IMG/VR virus record: IMGVR_UViG_3300025012_000108
Coordinates: 1 to 54,907 of that record
DNA length: 54,907 nt
Source: a virus
Lineage: Duplodnaviria; Caudoviricetes
Reading direction: 5' to 3' (one strand)
Made by a program: the position numbers and the translations under genes
In this document: positions 9,890 through 18,688 of the stretch, in pieces
Position numbering within the stretch: the stretch's first letter is position 1
How the letters are laid out: every line of letters begins with the position of its first letter
Notes under the pieces: generated by a model
Told to the model about the DNA's origin: nothing
Database searches by the model: none
Seen by the model: only the letters and a program-made list of their open reading frames with translations

Positions 9890-10063
9890 ATGCGGTCTAT
9901 CGTGGAAGCCATTATCGCCGCTACCAACCTCGTTTGCCTGGTCCGTGAGGAAACAGGCAGTTTGGAACTGAGACGGGCTGCAGAAAACACCCTGCAAAAG
10001 CTGTATACCGCAACGGATAGAATCACTGCAATGAAGGAGGCGCAAGCCAATGGAGAAGGTTAA
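9890..10063 (+). CDS. Hypothetical protein
   Basis: AGGAGG RBS before ATG 9890. Confidence 0.55.
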   Translation: MRSIVEAIIAATNLVCLVREETGSLELRRAAENTLQKLYTATDRITAMKEAQANGEG

Positions 10064-10499
10064 ATACCGCGAAGGATACAAGTACCAGATTGTCGCTGAT
10101 TATTCCATCCAGACAGAGATTTGCCCCCCTGCTGATATTGTCACTTTGTATGCGCGGCTCACGGCAAAAGGTCTGCTCACCCTTCGCGCCGGCTACGCCT
10201 GGGACGGAGCTTCGGGGCCTGCCGTTGACACTCCCGACTTTATCCGGCCCTCATTGGTGCATGACGGATTTTACAACCTCATGCGCGACGGCCTGCTTGA
10301 CCTTGGATGGAGGGAAGAGGCCGACCGGCTGTTGCAACGGCTATTCACCGAAGATGCCAAGAAGGTCAAGCGTCCGTGGGGAACCGGCTGGCTCAAGCAC
10401 CTCGCCCCGATCCGCGCATGGTGGATATACCGCGGGGTGCGGCTGGGCGGGGAAGGGTCGGCGAAGTGGCAAGAACCTGTGATATTGGAGGCACCATGA
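10050..10499 (+). CDS. DUF1353-family protein
   Basis: GYAWDGAS...SLVHD..Y...R.EAD motif. Confidence 0.75.
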   Translation: MEKVKYREGYKYQIVADYSIQTEICPPADIVTLYARLTAKGLLTLRAGYAWDGASGPAVDTPDFIRPSLVHDGFYNLMRDGLLDLGWREEADRLLQRLFTEDAKKVKRPWGTGWLKHLAPIRAWWIYRGVRLGGEGSAKWQEPVILEAP

Positions 10500-10687
10500 A
10501 ACGGCGCATAGGCTCCGCCCTCGGCGGGGCGATAGCCACAGCAGCGATACCGGCAGGGATGGGGGTGCTCAATCCAAAGGTGTTGGCTGGCGCGGCTGTT
10601 TTAGGGGCAGTTGGCGGTCTGTTCGGTGTCAACGTTGCGCAGCGGGTGCGCCGGATGTTGCCGCAAAAGAAAACCCCCAACCTGTGA
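10496..10687 (+). CDS. Small two-helix membrane protein (possible holin)
   Basis: Gly/Ala-rich hydrophobic segments and a basic tail; ATGA overlap. Confidence 0.5.
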   Translation: MKRRIGSALGGAIATAAIPAGMGVLNPKVLAGAAVLGAVGGLFGVNVAQRVRRMLPQKKTPNL

Positions 10688-10871
10688 GGAGGGGGGTTCT
10701 TGCTGCACATTTCGCAGCGGCACTATGGCCGGCAATCTAGGGCGCTTCGCCCCTGTTATCCATGCGCACGCTGATTGCCTTGGCCGGTTCTCCCGCTCTG
10801 CCCTCGTTTTTCGGTCTGTCCATGGTGGTTCTCCTTGTCACCGGTTGGCCTGCCTGTTCAAAGAAAGCTAA

Positions 10872-10899
10872 ATACTACCACAACAATTCCGGCTGTCAA
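10872..10899 (-). promoter_or_regulatory. Sigma70-like promoter firing leftward toward the lysis genes
   Basis: Minus strand TTGACA-16-TAGTAT with TG extension. Confidence 0.55.
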
Positions 10900-10929
10900 G
10901 TGCCTCCTGTGTGAGCGAGGGGCCGTTTG

Positions 10930-11118
10930 CTAAAGTTCCTTGTATCCGATATCAAGGCCGTTATTCCAAGCCCATTGCTCGGCCTCTTTGTACTTATCAT
11001 CGTCGGTCAAGGCTTCCCGTTCTCCATCCTCATACCCAAGATCGGCTTCAGTGTCGACAACCTCTCTCTTTGTGGAGTGGATGTTTGCACCCGACTTGCA
11101 CCAGAACTCTACCTTCAT
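10930..11118 (-). CDS. Small acidic hypothetical protein
   Basis: ORF with GGAGGGAG RBS. Confidence 0.7.
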   Translation of the reverse strand: MKVEFWCKSGANIHSTKREVVDTEADLGYEDGEREALTDDDKYKEAEQWAWNNGLDIGYKEL

Positions 11119-11171
11119 ACTCCCTCCTTCCTGTTGTGCGCCCCTACCGTAGAAGGGGCGCGGGTGAATGG

Positions 11172-11468
11172 TTAGTGGTCCACATCATCCTCGTAAAGAC
11201 AGCGGGGGATTTCATCACCGATGGTATCCGGCACCCTGCCGCCCCCCGCTTCCCGTTGGAACTCCATCACGCGTGCGCGTAGAAGGTGGATGCTCTGGAT
11301 GTGCTCTTTGTTTGCCCCAAGTTTCACGCACTCGTTGGCGTAGGCCAGCAAGGCGGCAGGCACAGCGGCGTCTTTAGCGCAGAACAGAAGCGCGTCGGCT
11401 TCGGTGTACCTCTTGCCGTTTACCGGGTTCACTGCCTGAATCTGAAACTTGCGGTCAATGTTTGTCAT
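11172..11468 (-). CDS. Hypothetical protein with F-x-A-x-D-x-A...AL..YA motif
   Basis: ORF with RBS; motif LLFCAKDAAVPAALLAYA. Confidence 0.7.
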   Translation of the reverse strand: MTNIDRKFQIQAVNPVNGKRYTEADALLFCAKDAAVPAALLAYANECVKLGANKEHIQSIHLLRARVMEFQREAGGGRVPDTIGDEIPRCLYEDDVDH

Positions 11469-11508
11469 TCCCTTTTCTCCCTCTGTAATGGCTTACGCCG
11501 TGATAGTG

Positions 11509-12087
11509 CTACTCCTTGACCTTGAGCCGCTTGCCGCAGCCGTGGCAGAACTTCACCCCGTTTTCTTCGGGGCCACCGCTGATGAACGTCCACGATGTCC
11601 CGCACGAACTGTCCCACCTGTCCTCATGGTCGTAGGTCCACTCGCACACCCGTTCCCCCTCTCCTATGTTGGGAGGGGAGGGAATAAGGGCAAGGATGGC
11701 ATTGGCCGCGCGGATCACGTCCTTGCTCAACTGGTAGCACTCCTCAACATCGCATTCAACGTCATTGTTCTGGTAGGCTTCGCACATCTCTATGATAGCG
11801 TGAATCTTGTCACTCACGCCCGACGCCTCATTTCCCAAAGGCGCAGCACGCAAGGCGCGGATTCTTGCGGTAGATGCGTCCAATTTTTTGACTACGAGGC
11901 TGTCAGGGTGCTGTCCTATGGTCTCCATGTCGTTTTGCTGGATCGCAAGGTTTTTCATACATTCCGCTGCATCATTTGCCACGGATTGAGCAAATAGCAA
12001 TGCGCTGGTATATGTAACGGTCTTGCGCTCTTCACCGGGCCACTCAAAAAACCTCTCTGCCCTTTCCTTGATCTGGTCAAACGTCAT
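11509..12087 (-). CDS. Hypothetical protein with C-terminal Zn ribbon
   Basis: W.SSCG...FCHGCGK. Confidence 0.65.
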   Translation of the reverse strand: MTFDQIKERAERFFEWPGEERKTVTYTSALLFAQSVANDAAECMKNLAIQQNDMETIGQHPDSLVVKKLDASTARIRALRAAPLGNEASGVSDKIHAIIEMCEAYQNNDVECDVEECYQLSKDVIRAANAILALIPSPPNIGEGERVCEWTYDHEDRWDSSCGTSWTFISGGPEENGVKFCHGCGKRLKVKE

Positions 12088-12090
12088 TGT

Positions 12091-12474
12091 CTATTCCTCC
12101 GTAGTGGCTACCTTTCGGCCATCCTTCAGCGCAGTAGCATGACCCCTGTACGTTGCCGCCATGTGCTCGTAGTGGTCTTGTAAAGCCCGTAACGCCTGGG
12201 CCAACGTACTGCGCGTGGCCTCGGACAACCAGGGAGTCTTTTTCCCGAAGCCGGAGCTTTTCACCTCGTACTCAATCTCGGAATCCTTGATGCGCTTCCT
12301 TTTGACGACCTGCAGGGTGGACAGTCTATTAAAGCCGCTGGACTGAATGCCGGTGGCGCGAAAATAGGTCGAGTCCTTGAACAGATTTCTGTGGATTGTC
12401 CACTCATAGCCGGGCATGATTTTCACCAGTTCATCCCTGAAGGCTGTAGGGTCCATCGACGGCTTCATTTTCAT
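12091..12474 (-). CDS. Hypothetical protein
   Basis: GGAGG RBS before MKMKPSM; tightly packed operon. Confidence 0.65.
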   Translation of the reverse strand: MKMKPSMDPTAFRDELVKIMPGYEWTIHRNLFKDSTYFRATGIQSSGFNRLSTLQVVKRKRIKDSEIEYEVKSSGFGKKTPWLSEATRSTLAQALRALQDHYEHMAATYRGHATALKDGRKVATTEE

Positions 12475-12704
12475 TTCGGGGCCTCCGTAGGGGTACAGCG
12501 AACACGATGGATAATCGGGCCTGAGCCATATTTCGACGCCTCCCCGCCGCACACTTGGCAACGAGTGGCAATCTTGTCGGCTGCGGATTTCTCGGGAGGG
12601 CAGCGAGGGCACTTGCCTCTTGGATGCCAGCCGCACCAGCAAAGGTTCACCGCACCAAGCCGTGAAAGAGCGTCCATGTGGTCGCGCTGATCACTGTTGA
12701 ACAT
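12471..12704 (-). CDS. Cys-rich hypothetical protein
   Basis: GGAGG RBS before MFNSDQ; overlaps both neighbours. Confidence 0.55.
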   Translation of the reverse strand: MFNSDQRDHMDALSRLGAVNLCWCGWHPRGKCPRCPPEKSAADKIATRCQVCGGEASKYGSGPIIHRVRCTPTEAPK

Positions 12705-13698
12705 CTGGGGCCTCCGTAGCAGGGTGAAGGGCGTCTTCTTCCAGCGGCCAGTATCCGATCTGGTCCATCTGCCAGTAAGCGGCATGTTCCATGCGACCCT
12801 CGAAGCCGTATTCCGCCGACTCATGGTAGCACTCGTAAAGGTAGGTGCCATCCTCAATATCTGCGGCGTCCTCTTGTAACTGCTCTTCCATTTCCTCAAT
12901 AGCCCCGCTGGTCGCATGGCCGTTGACGCCGTAGATAAACGGCGGGCAGTCCTTGATGAAACATGCCTCTATCAACAACCCTTTGCGTTGCGAAGGTCTG
13001 GGGGTAAGCTCTGGGGGTGTGGGGGTAGCAGGGTGAAGGGCGGCACGGGCGGTTTCCCATCCGTGGGCGTCCCTCTCCGTGCTGTTGAAAAGTAATCGCC
13101 AGTGATCGTCTCTGGTGCTGTGACTCCACTCGTTTTCATCCGCGTATATCTTCAAGGCTTTCCTATGCCGGTCCCTCTCCCCCGTCATCTGGAGAAGTTC
13201 TTTTCCTATGGTAGCCCGGCAGCGTTCGGATGATTCAAGGAGCATCTCGGCTTTCTTCTGGAGCCTGGTTGCTTCGGCTAGCTCGGACTCAAGGGCGGCG
13301 ATCCTCTTACACCCTTCCCGCCAATCGCCCTGTATGGCGTCCCTTGCAGCCTCGGCCATTGTCACATCCTCTTTGGCACCCTGCAACTCCGCATAGATGG
13401 CGTCATGGGCGGATTGCCATGTGTCGCGCTCTGATTCGGCTTTCTCCTTGAGGCCCATTTCTACGCCGACCAGATTGTACAGCGTGTCTCTTGCCCCCTC
13501 TACGATAGAGAGTTGAGAGCGGAGGGCGGTGATCTCGGCGTAAAGAGGGCCACATGCCTCACAAGCGGCCATGTTTGACAAACCAGGGAACCTTGACTTG
13601 CATTGTGTACACCAGTCCTCATCGGCATCAAAGGTTAGCACACTGGTACTTCCACATTTAGGGCATACTCGTCTCATACTCAACCCCCTTAAAATCAT
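12691..13698 (-). CDS. Zn-ribbon plus coiled-coil hypothetical protein
   Basis: CPKCG...CTQC; long heptad region. Confidence 0.7.
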   Translation of the reverse strand: MILRGLSMRRVCPKCGSTSVLTFDADEDWCTQCKSRFPGLSNMAACEACGPLYAEITALRSQLSIVEGARDTLYNLVGVEMGLKEKAESERDTWQSAHDAIYAELQGAKEDVTMAEAARDAIQGDWREGCKRIAALESELAEATRLQKKAEMLLESSERCRATIGKELLQMTGERDRHRKALKIYADENEWSHSTRDDHWRLLFNSTERDAHGWETARAALHPATPTPPELTPRPSQRKGLLIEACFIKDCPPFIYGVNGHATSGAIEEMEEQLQEDAADIEDGTYLYECYHESAEYGFEGRMEHAAYWQMDQIGYWPLEEDALHPATEAPDVQQ

Positions 13699-13800
13699 TC
13701 GTTTCTCCCCTCCCCGCAGTCACCTACTGCACAGGATGGGACACGCTGTGACTGGCTGCACTGCCTCCGTGGTTGTGACAAGGACAATCACTCAGTTTCA

Positions 13801-14166
13801 CTACCGGTAATGCGTGAACGCGCAACGCCGGCATGGGCGGTCAAGGCCAAGTTGGTCAACCATCATCTTGCGCACGGCCTTAGCGGAAGGGTTTTTGCCC
13901 TGGCTTTTGAACTCTCCAATGCGCCCATAATTGCCACTCTTCTGCAGGATATGGCCCACGTACACGTATTCGCCATTCATGCCGTCACAAATGATGCAGA
14001 GGCCGTTGTGGTGCTGGATGCCTTTGAATGCGCTGTCGTGGTAATCGTCCAACAGATCCTCCACCTCTTCCTCTGTCAACCCCTTCGCGGCCATTAGTTC
14101 TTTGTGAAACTCGTTGTAGCCAAACTTCGCCCCGATGATTTCATAGTGATTCTGCTGAACGCTCAT
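13801..14166 (-). CDS. Hypothetical protein
   Basis: GGAGGGGAG RBS before MSVQQ. Confidence 0.65.
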   Translation of the reverse strand: MSVQQNHYEIIGAKFGYNEFHKELMAAKGLTEEEVEDLLDDYHDSAFKGIQHHNGLCIICDGMNGEYVYVGHILQKSGNYGRIGEFKSQGKNPSAKAVRKMMVDQLGLDRPCRRCAFTHYR

Positions 14167-14349
14167 TACTCCCCTCCTTGACATATTCACCAGTATACGG
14201 ATTGAACCCGCGACGGCAGCGGGCACAAGTTACAACCTGAGGAACGGCCTTGGCTGTGACCGTCATGTAAAAGGTATCGCACCCGCAAGGGCAGGGCTTC
14301 AGCCCTTCGGCGGTTAGTGGCTTGTTCATCTCACTTCCCCCTTTTGATT

Positions 14350-14556
14350 TTATGCCCTGCCTTGATATGTGACAGCTACTATCAGCACCACGAACAGAAG
14401 CCAAAGCACCGGCCAAAATATAACCGTTAGTGCCACTTCTCCCGCGGTTGTCGGCTCAAGATGGACTGACGATGGTGGTGTATAGTTGCCCCATGCCGTG
14501 AGAACTCCTAACACCAAATATGCAGCCGCTGCAAACCACAGGAATATCATCACCAC
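14350..14556 (-). CDS. Small membrane protein
   Basis: Two hydrophobic segments. Confidence 0.55.
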   Translation of the reverse strand: MVMIFLWFAAAAYLVLGVLTAWGNYTPPSSVHLEPTTAGEVALTVIFWPVLWLLFVVLIVAVTYQGRA

Positions 14557-15110
14557 TCCTTGAATTTATGCCCACTTTCTAACCACATGCGGTTAAGGTT
14601 GTGAATGGTAGCCTCTACGTCCACCGCATAGTACTTCCAGAACCCCCACCCCGATATTTTACCCTCGCCGTGGTAGCTCCCCATTTTGCCGGAATATCCG
14701 CCTAGCCGATGATGGAAAATGCACAAAGGTGCGGCCCTATAATCGCTTGCAGTAGTGCCCTTTCCCCCGTGCTTGCGCTTGTTCTGGTGGTGGGCTTGAG
14801 CTTCCACGTTGCATCCTGGAACAAGACAGGGAAGGGTGCGAATCCAAGCTAGATACTTTTCGTCGCGCTCCGGCAAATCCTTCTCCTGCGCCACTGTCTC
14901 CACCCTCCCCACGTTGTGAGAAATGAGTTCTAGGGTTTGCTTCCCTCTCTCTGACTTGGAGGGGGTATGCTGTCTTTTGCATTTTGCACGGCAGTAGCCA
15001 GAATTGTACCGTTCAGCAAATTGGTCTGGTGTCTCCGCGCAATGCTGATTTTTAGTTATTTCCTTGCCGCATTTGTCATAGAGGCAGTGTTTAGGGGGAA
15101 GGGCGGTCAT
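14550..15110 (-). CDS. DUF968/HNH-like nuclease-fold protein
   Basis: RDEKYLAWIRTLPCLV..C....AHH...SD....PLC..HH. Confidence 0.75.
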   Translation of the reverse strand: MTALPPKHCLYDKCGKEITKNQHCAETPDQFAERYNSGYCRAKCKRQHTPSKSERGKQTLELISHNVGRVETVAQEKDLPERDEKYLAWIRTLPCLVPGCNVEAQAHHQNKRKHGGKGTTASDYRAAPLCIFHHRLGGYSGKMGSYHGEGKISGWGFWKYYAVDVEATIHNLNRMWLESGHKFKEW

Positions 15111-15111
15111 G

Positions 15112-15363
15112 TCAGTATGACGCCATGCCGAATACATACCTTTTCACCGGTGGCTCACTCACCCTCCACAGGCTGACTTGGTGGGTGTAGTACTTCCTTG
15201 CCTTCATGTGGTTGCTGTGATAGGTGCCGTTCCATACGGTTGAATTCGTCCGTTCATGTTGGGCAATCCTAGATTTAGGGTTTTTCGTCATCCCAACATA
15301 AAACAAGTCGTGTGTGGAGTTCTGGAACAAGCCGTAAATGTATACTGTATTGAGTGTTGTCAA
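15112..15363 (-). CDS. Short GIY-YIG nuclease-domain protein
   Basis: YIYGL...FYVGMT..P..RI.QH. Confidence 0.7.
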   Translation of the reverse strand: MTTLNTVYIYGLFQNSTHDLFYVGMTKNPKSRIAQHERTNSTVWNGTYHSNHMKARKYYTHQVSLWRVSEPPVKRYVFGMASY

Positions 15364-15575
15364 ACCAGTGCCTCCTTCTTTGCAATAATAAGTTCTTCCG
15401 GTTGCACCCCCAGAACCACCGCCGCCTGGTTAATGTGTTTCAACTTCGGCTCAATAGTTCCCTGCTCCCAACCCGCAACGGTGGGGCGGCTGACCTCCAG
15501 CTCTTTAGCCAACTCAAGCTGAGACAGCCCCTTGGTCACCCGCAACCCCGTAAACTTCACCCTGTCAAATTCCAT
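15360..15575 (-). CDS. XRE/Cro-like HTH regulator
   Basis: GLSQLELAKELEVSRPTVAGWEQG..EP. Confidence 0.9.
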   Translation of the reverse strand: MEFDRVKFTGLRVTKGLSQLELAKELEVSRPTVAGWEQGTIEPKLKHINQAAVVLGVQPEELIIAKKEALV

Positions 15576-15662
15576 GCGTCCTCCCTTATAACGATCGATG
15601 GCGCAAATGTATCACACCGATTGCCGCATGTCCAGAAAAATTACATGTTGCGAAAAGAACGC

Positions 15663-15691
15663 TTGACAGCCCCGCGCCGCATATTTATACT
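15663..15691 (+). promoter_or_regulatory. Rightward early promoter; a divergent leftward TGGACA-17-TACATT promoter lies at about 15608-15636
   Basis: TTGACA-17-TATACT. Confidence 0.75.
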
Positions 15692-15730
15692 GAGCCCTAC
15701 TCACAACACAGATACAGGAGGGGGGAGAGG

Positions 15731-15983
15731 ATGGAGACGTACAAATATTGCATTATTCACCATGAGGGGGAAGACGTTGAACCTGTTCCTTTCCGTGTGG
15801 GACGGTGACGACGGGGAGTACCTGGCCGAAGATGCGGCAACGGATTATCACAGCAACCACGACGGATGGGAAGCTTCTTGGCCTGTCCAGTTCGCCATCT
15901 TCACGGATGACGGGAAGCTGATTGGCAAGTACGAAGTTGACCGCGACTATGACCCTGTGTTTTCGGCAGGAGAGATCAAGTAA
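15731..15983 (+). pseudogene. Acidic hypothetical protein, apparently frameshifted
   Basis: RBS-led ATG 15731 ORF stops after 25 aa while the protein-like ...WDGDDGEYLAEDAA... continues in another frame. Confidence 0.45.
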
Positions 15984-15995
15984 GGAGCCTACCCC

Positions 15996-16250
15996 ATGGG
16001 ACGAATGAAAGAACAGACAATCAAGGATGTGCCAAAGTGCCGAACAGAGCCAACGCCTAGCTACTCCCACGTTGGCGAGTTCAAATTAAAACGTGTAAGC
16101 CTGGGGCTCATTGGTATCCAGCACGTTTCCGGGGAGTGGGGACTTTTCAACCGTCCGGTGTTTGAGCGGGATGTGTGCCCTTGGGACTCTTTGCCTGACA
16201 CTGAAAACGTGGAAGAGAAAGTGAGGGAGTTTTACGGGCGGAATTTCTAA
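15996..16250 (+). CDS. Hypothetical protein
   Basis: AAGGAG RBS. Confidence 0.6.
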   Translation: MGRMKEQTIKDVPKCRTEPTPSYSHVGEFKLKRVSLGLIGIQHVSGEWGLFNRPVFERDVCPWDSLPDTENVEEKVREFYGRNF

Positions 16251-16270
16251 ACCTTTAGGGGAGACGCCGC

Positions 16271-16352
16271 ACCCGCCGCGCCACTACCTAGCACGTTTCA
16301 CGCTGCATCACCTTCACCCGCTTTACTCACTAACGTAGCACGGACAGGCACT
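16271..16352 (+). repeat. Dispersed intergenic repeat family, copy R1
   Basis: Aligns by eye with 32451-32530 and 19961-20041 (gcgccac...tcacgc...tttac...ggcact). Confidence 0.7.
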
Positions 16353-16376
16353 ATAAAACCACAGGAGGGACCACAG

Positions 16377-16787
16377 ATGAAAACACTGGAAGAGATCAAG
16401 GCCGGTTACAAAAGCAACACGCTGGACGGGCGCGACCTTCACCGGTTGGCGCAGTTCATACCGGAAGCGGAACTGGCAGACTTCGGCTTGGAACTCAAAG
16501 AGGGAGCCACTCACAGCCACATTCCCCTCACCCGCGACGCGGTACTGGCCCAACTCAAGCATGACGTTGAATTCGGCTTTAAAAAGGCGCTTGACCAGCG
16601 CGGCATCTCGGCGGGGCTGATGTACGAGGTTGTCAAGATGTGGAACTGGGTTTTGGATGAGGGGATGGAAACCTTTGACTCCTACCCCATGTATGGCCTC
16701 CCTCTCTTTAAGGCCACGGCGGTCAAATACGGCTTTCTTAACCCCATCGGAGAAGACACCGGAGCAGAGAGCAAGTACGACAGTTAA
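16377..16787 (+). CDS. Hypothetical protein
   Basis: AGGAGG RBS; KALDQRGISAGLMYEVV and YGLPLFKATAVKYG. Confidence 0.75.
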   Translation: MKTLEEIKAGYKSNTLDGRDLHRLAQFIPEAELADFGLELKEGATHSHIPLTRDAVLAQLKHDVEFGFKKALDQRGISAGLMYEVVKMWNWVLDEGMETFDSYPMYGLPLFKATAVKYGFLNPIGEDTGAESKYDS

Positions 16788-17096
16788 ACCGGCTTGTAGA
16801 CACTCAACACCAATAAACAGGAGGGAAAGATGCATAACACGATGGAACTGGCCGCACCGTCTACTAGATCATGGGGTTACAGTCAAAAGCTTATGGTGAG
16901 AACCTTCACCGTAGATTGTTCTTCACCAGATGGGGTGCTCCGATAGGGACGGCAACGTTTCCTTGCCTGTAGAACTGACAATCACCCAACACCCTTCAAG
17001 GCTGTTCTTGACTGTCGGCTGAAGCTTCACCATTACAAGTATAAGATAGATTAGAAGCAATCCGCCCCCTTCCCCGCTAAAACGGGTACTTAGGGG

Positions 17097-17152
17097 GCAA
17101 CATTTTATCACCCATGCGTAATAGCTTTATCAGCGGTGATAAAATGTGTTGC
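17097..17152. promoter_or_regulatory. Inverted repeat with TATCA/TGATA boxes upstream of the RepL-like gene
   Basis: ACATTTTATCACC...GGTGATAAAATGT with an internal TTTATCAGC. Confidence 0.6.
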
Positions 17153-17183
17153 ATCCGTGATATGGAATGTGATATCTTTCTAC

Positions 17184-17624
17184 ATGCAAAATTCACGGCG
17201 CGTTTACCGTTATTCAGGCTCCAAAGAGATAGCAGACACCAATACTGGCGAAGTCGAACGCGCCGTTGTGGTGAAACAGAAAATTCAAGATATTAACTTT
17301 GTCAAAATATTTCTACCGGAAGGGGGATATCGAATGTACCCGAAAGAGATGAGCCAATCAGCAAGGGATTTGCTGGACTACCTGAAAGTGGTCATGGACA
17401 AGCAGAACGTAGCCATTGCACCCGTTGCCGAGATCCAGGAGCGGATAGACCTTTCAACCGCTTCCATTGCCCGCGCAAAGGTGCAGCTGATGGAACTGGA
17501 TTACATCAGGCAGCGCACCGCTAACGTCTACATTGTCAACCCTGGACACGCTTGTAAGGCGGCTGGGGATGATAGACAGAGCGTGTATGAGGCTTATTCC
17601 CTGCTACAACGCAAGGTGAAGTGA
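17184..17624 (+). CDS. RepL-like winged-helix replication/maintenance protein
   Basis: DTNTGEV, NFVKIF, wHTH region ending Y.VNP; possibly leaderless. Confidence 0.65.
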   Translation: MQNSRRVYRYSGSKEIADTNTGEVERAVVVKQKIQDINFVKIFLPEGGYRMYPKEMSQSARDLLDYLKVVMDKQNVAIAPVAEIQERIDLSTASIARAKVQLMELDYIRQRTANVYIVNPGHACKAAGDDRQSVYEAYSLLQRKVK

Positions 17625-17628
17625 GGAG

Positions 17629-18393
17629 GTGAATGTGGTCAACCTAGTTTGCTACGGCGGCGGGACAAACAGCACCGCGCTATTGGTGGAAAAGGTCAAG
17701 CGGGGCGAACCTGTTGACATTATCCTGTTTGCCGATACTGGCGCGGAGAAGCCGCACACCTACGCCTACGTAGAGATGTTTTCTGCTTGGCTGGTAGAGA
17801 GGGGCTACCCCGCTATCCAGACTGTGAAAGCGGTAAACATGGCAGGAGAGGTTTACACCCTCACCCAAGATTGCATAGACCGCAGGGCGCTTCCTTCGCT
17901 GGCCTATGGCTTTAAGACGTGTTCCCTGCGCTGGAAGTTGGCACCCCAAGAAAAGTTTCTCAACAACTTCGACCTGTGCAAAGTGGAATGGAAAGCGGGT
18001 CGGATGATTACTAAGCATGTTGGCTTTGATTGGGGTGAGTCTCACCGCGTCAAGGCTTACAGCGAAGATACCAAGTATGAAGTGACCTATCCCCTTGTTG
18101 ATTGGAGATGGGACCGCAAGCGCTGCGTAGAGGCGATCTTAGCCGCAGGGCTACCCCTCCCCGGCAAATCATCCTGTTTCTTCTGCCCATCCATGAAACC
18201 CCATGAGATAAAGGAACTTGAGCGGGATTACCCCGAACTTCTTCAACTCGCCCTTGAGATAGAGGCAAACGCCGAACTTCATAGCGTGGTTGGCTTGGGA
18301 CGGTCGTTCAGTTGGCGGGAGTTTCTAAAGCAAGGCAGCTTTGACTTTTGTGGCAACTCTATTGAGGCAGACTGTGGCTGCTATGACGGGTAG
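17629..18393 (+). CDS. PAPS-reductase-like adenine-nucleotide alpha-hydrolase
   Basis: YGGGTNS PP-loop; FADTGAE; YPL..W; KSSCFFCP. Confidence 0.8.
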   Translation: MNVVNLVCYGGGTNSTALLVEKVKRGEPVDIILFADTGAEKPHTYAYVEMFSAWLVERGYPAIQTVKAVNMAGEVYTLTQDCIDRRALPSLAYGFKTCSLRWKLAPQEKFLNNFDLCKVEWKAGRMITKHVGFDWGESHRVKAYSEDTKYEVTYPLVDWRWDRKRCVEAILAAGLPLPGKSSCFFCPSMKPHEIKELERDYPELLQLALEIEANAELHSVVGLGRSFSWREFLKQGSFDFCGNSIEADCGCYDG

Positions 18394-18408
18394 ATAGAGG
18401 GTATTGGA

Positions 18409-18579
18409 ATGGCTACAGTATTCGGGTGCCTCAACAAGTGGTGCAAACACATGATGCACTTTCGCTGTACGGCGAATGAGATTGAGATTGATGACAACGG
18501 GAGATGCTGCACTTTCGAGCCAAAAGTTGCTGAAAAGAAGCCGCCTTTCAGTGCCTATCTCCTACCACGTAGCGAGTAA
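18409..18579 (+). CDS. Small Cys-rich protein (DUF1540-like)
   Basis: C...WCKH....C.A..I.I....C.TF, translated by hand. Confidence 0.5.
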   Translation: MATVFGCLNKWCKHMMHFRCTANEIEIDDNGRCCTFEPKVAEKKPPFSAYLLPRSE

Positions 18580-18669
18580 GACACTGAAAGAGCTTCCAGC
18601 GCGACCCATGCAACGCGGTCGGCGGCTGCGCAGAAGGTAAAAGCGAAACGATTTTAAGCAGTTAATCAC
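18550..18669 (-). repeat. Dispersed repeat family, copy R2 (inverted) with conserved tail
   Basis: Similar to the reverse complement of 32414-32530; 18595-18614 is nearly complementary to 19979-19998. Confidence 0.75.
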
Positions 18670-18688
18670 AGAGAGAGGGGGAGGGGAG

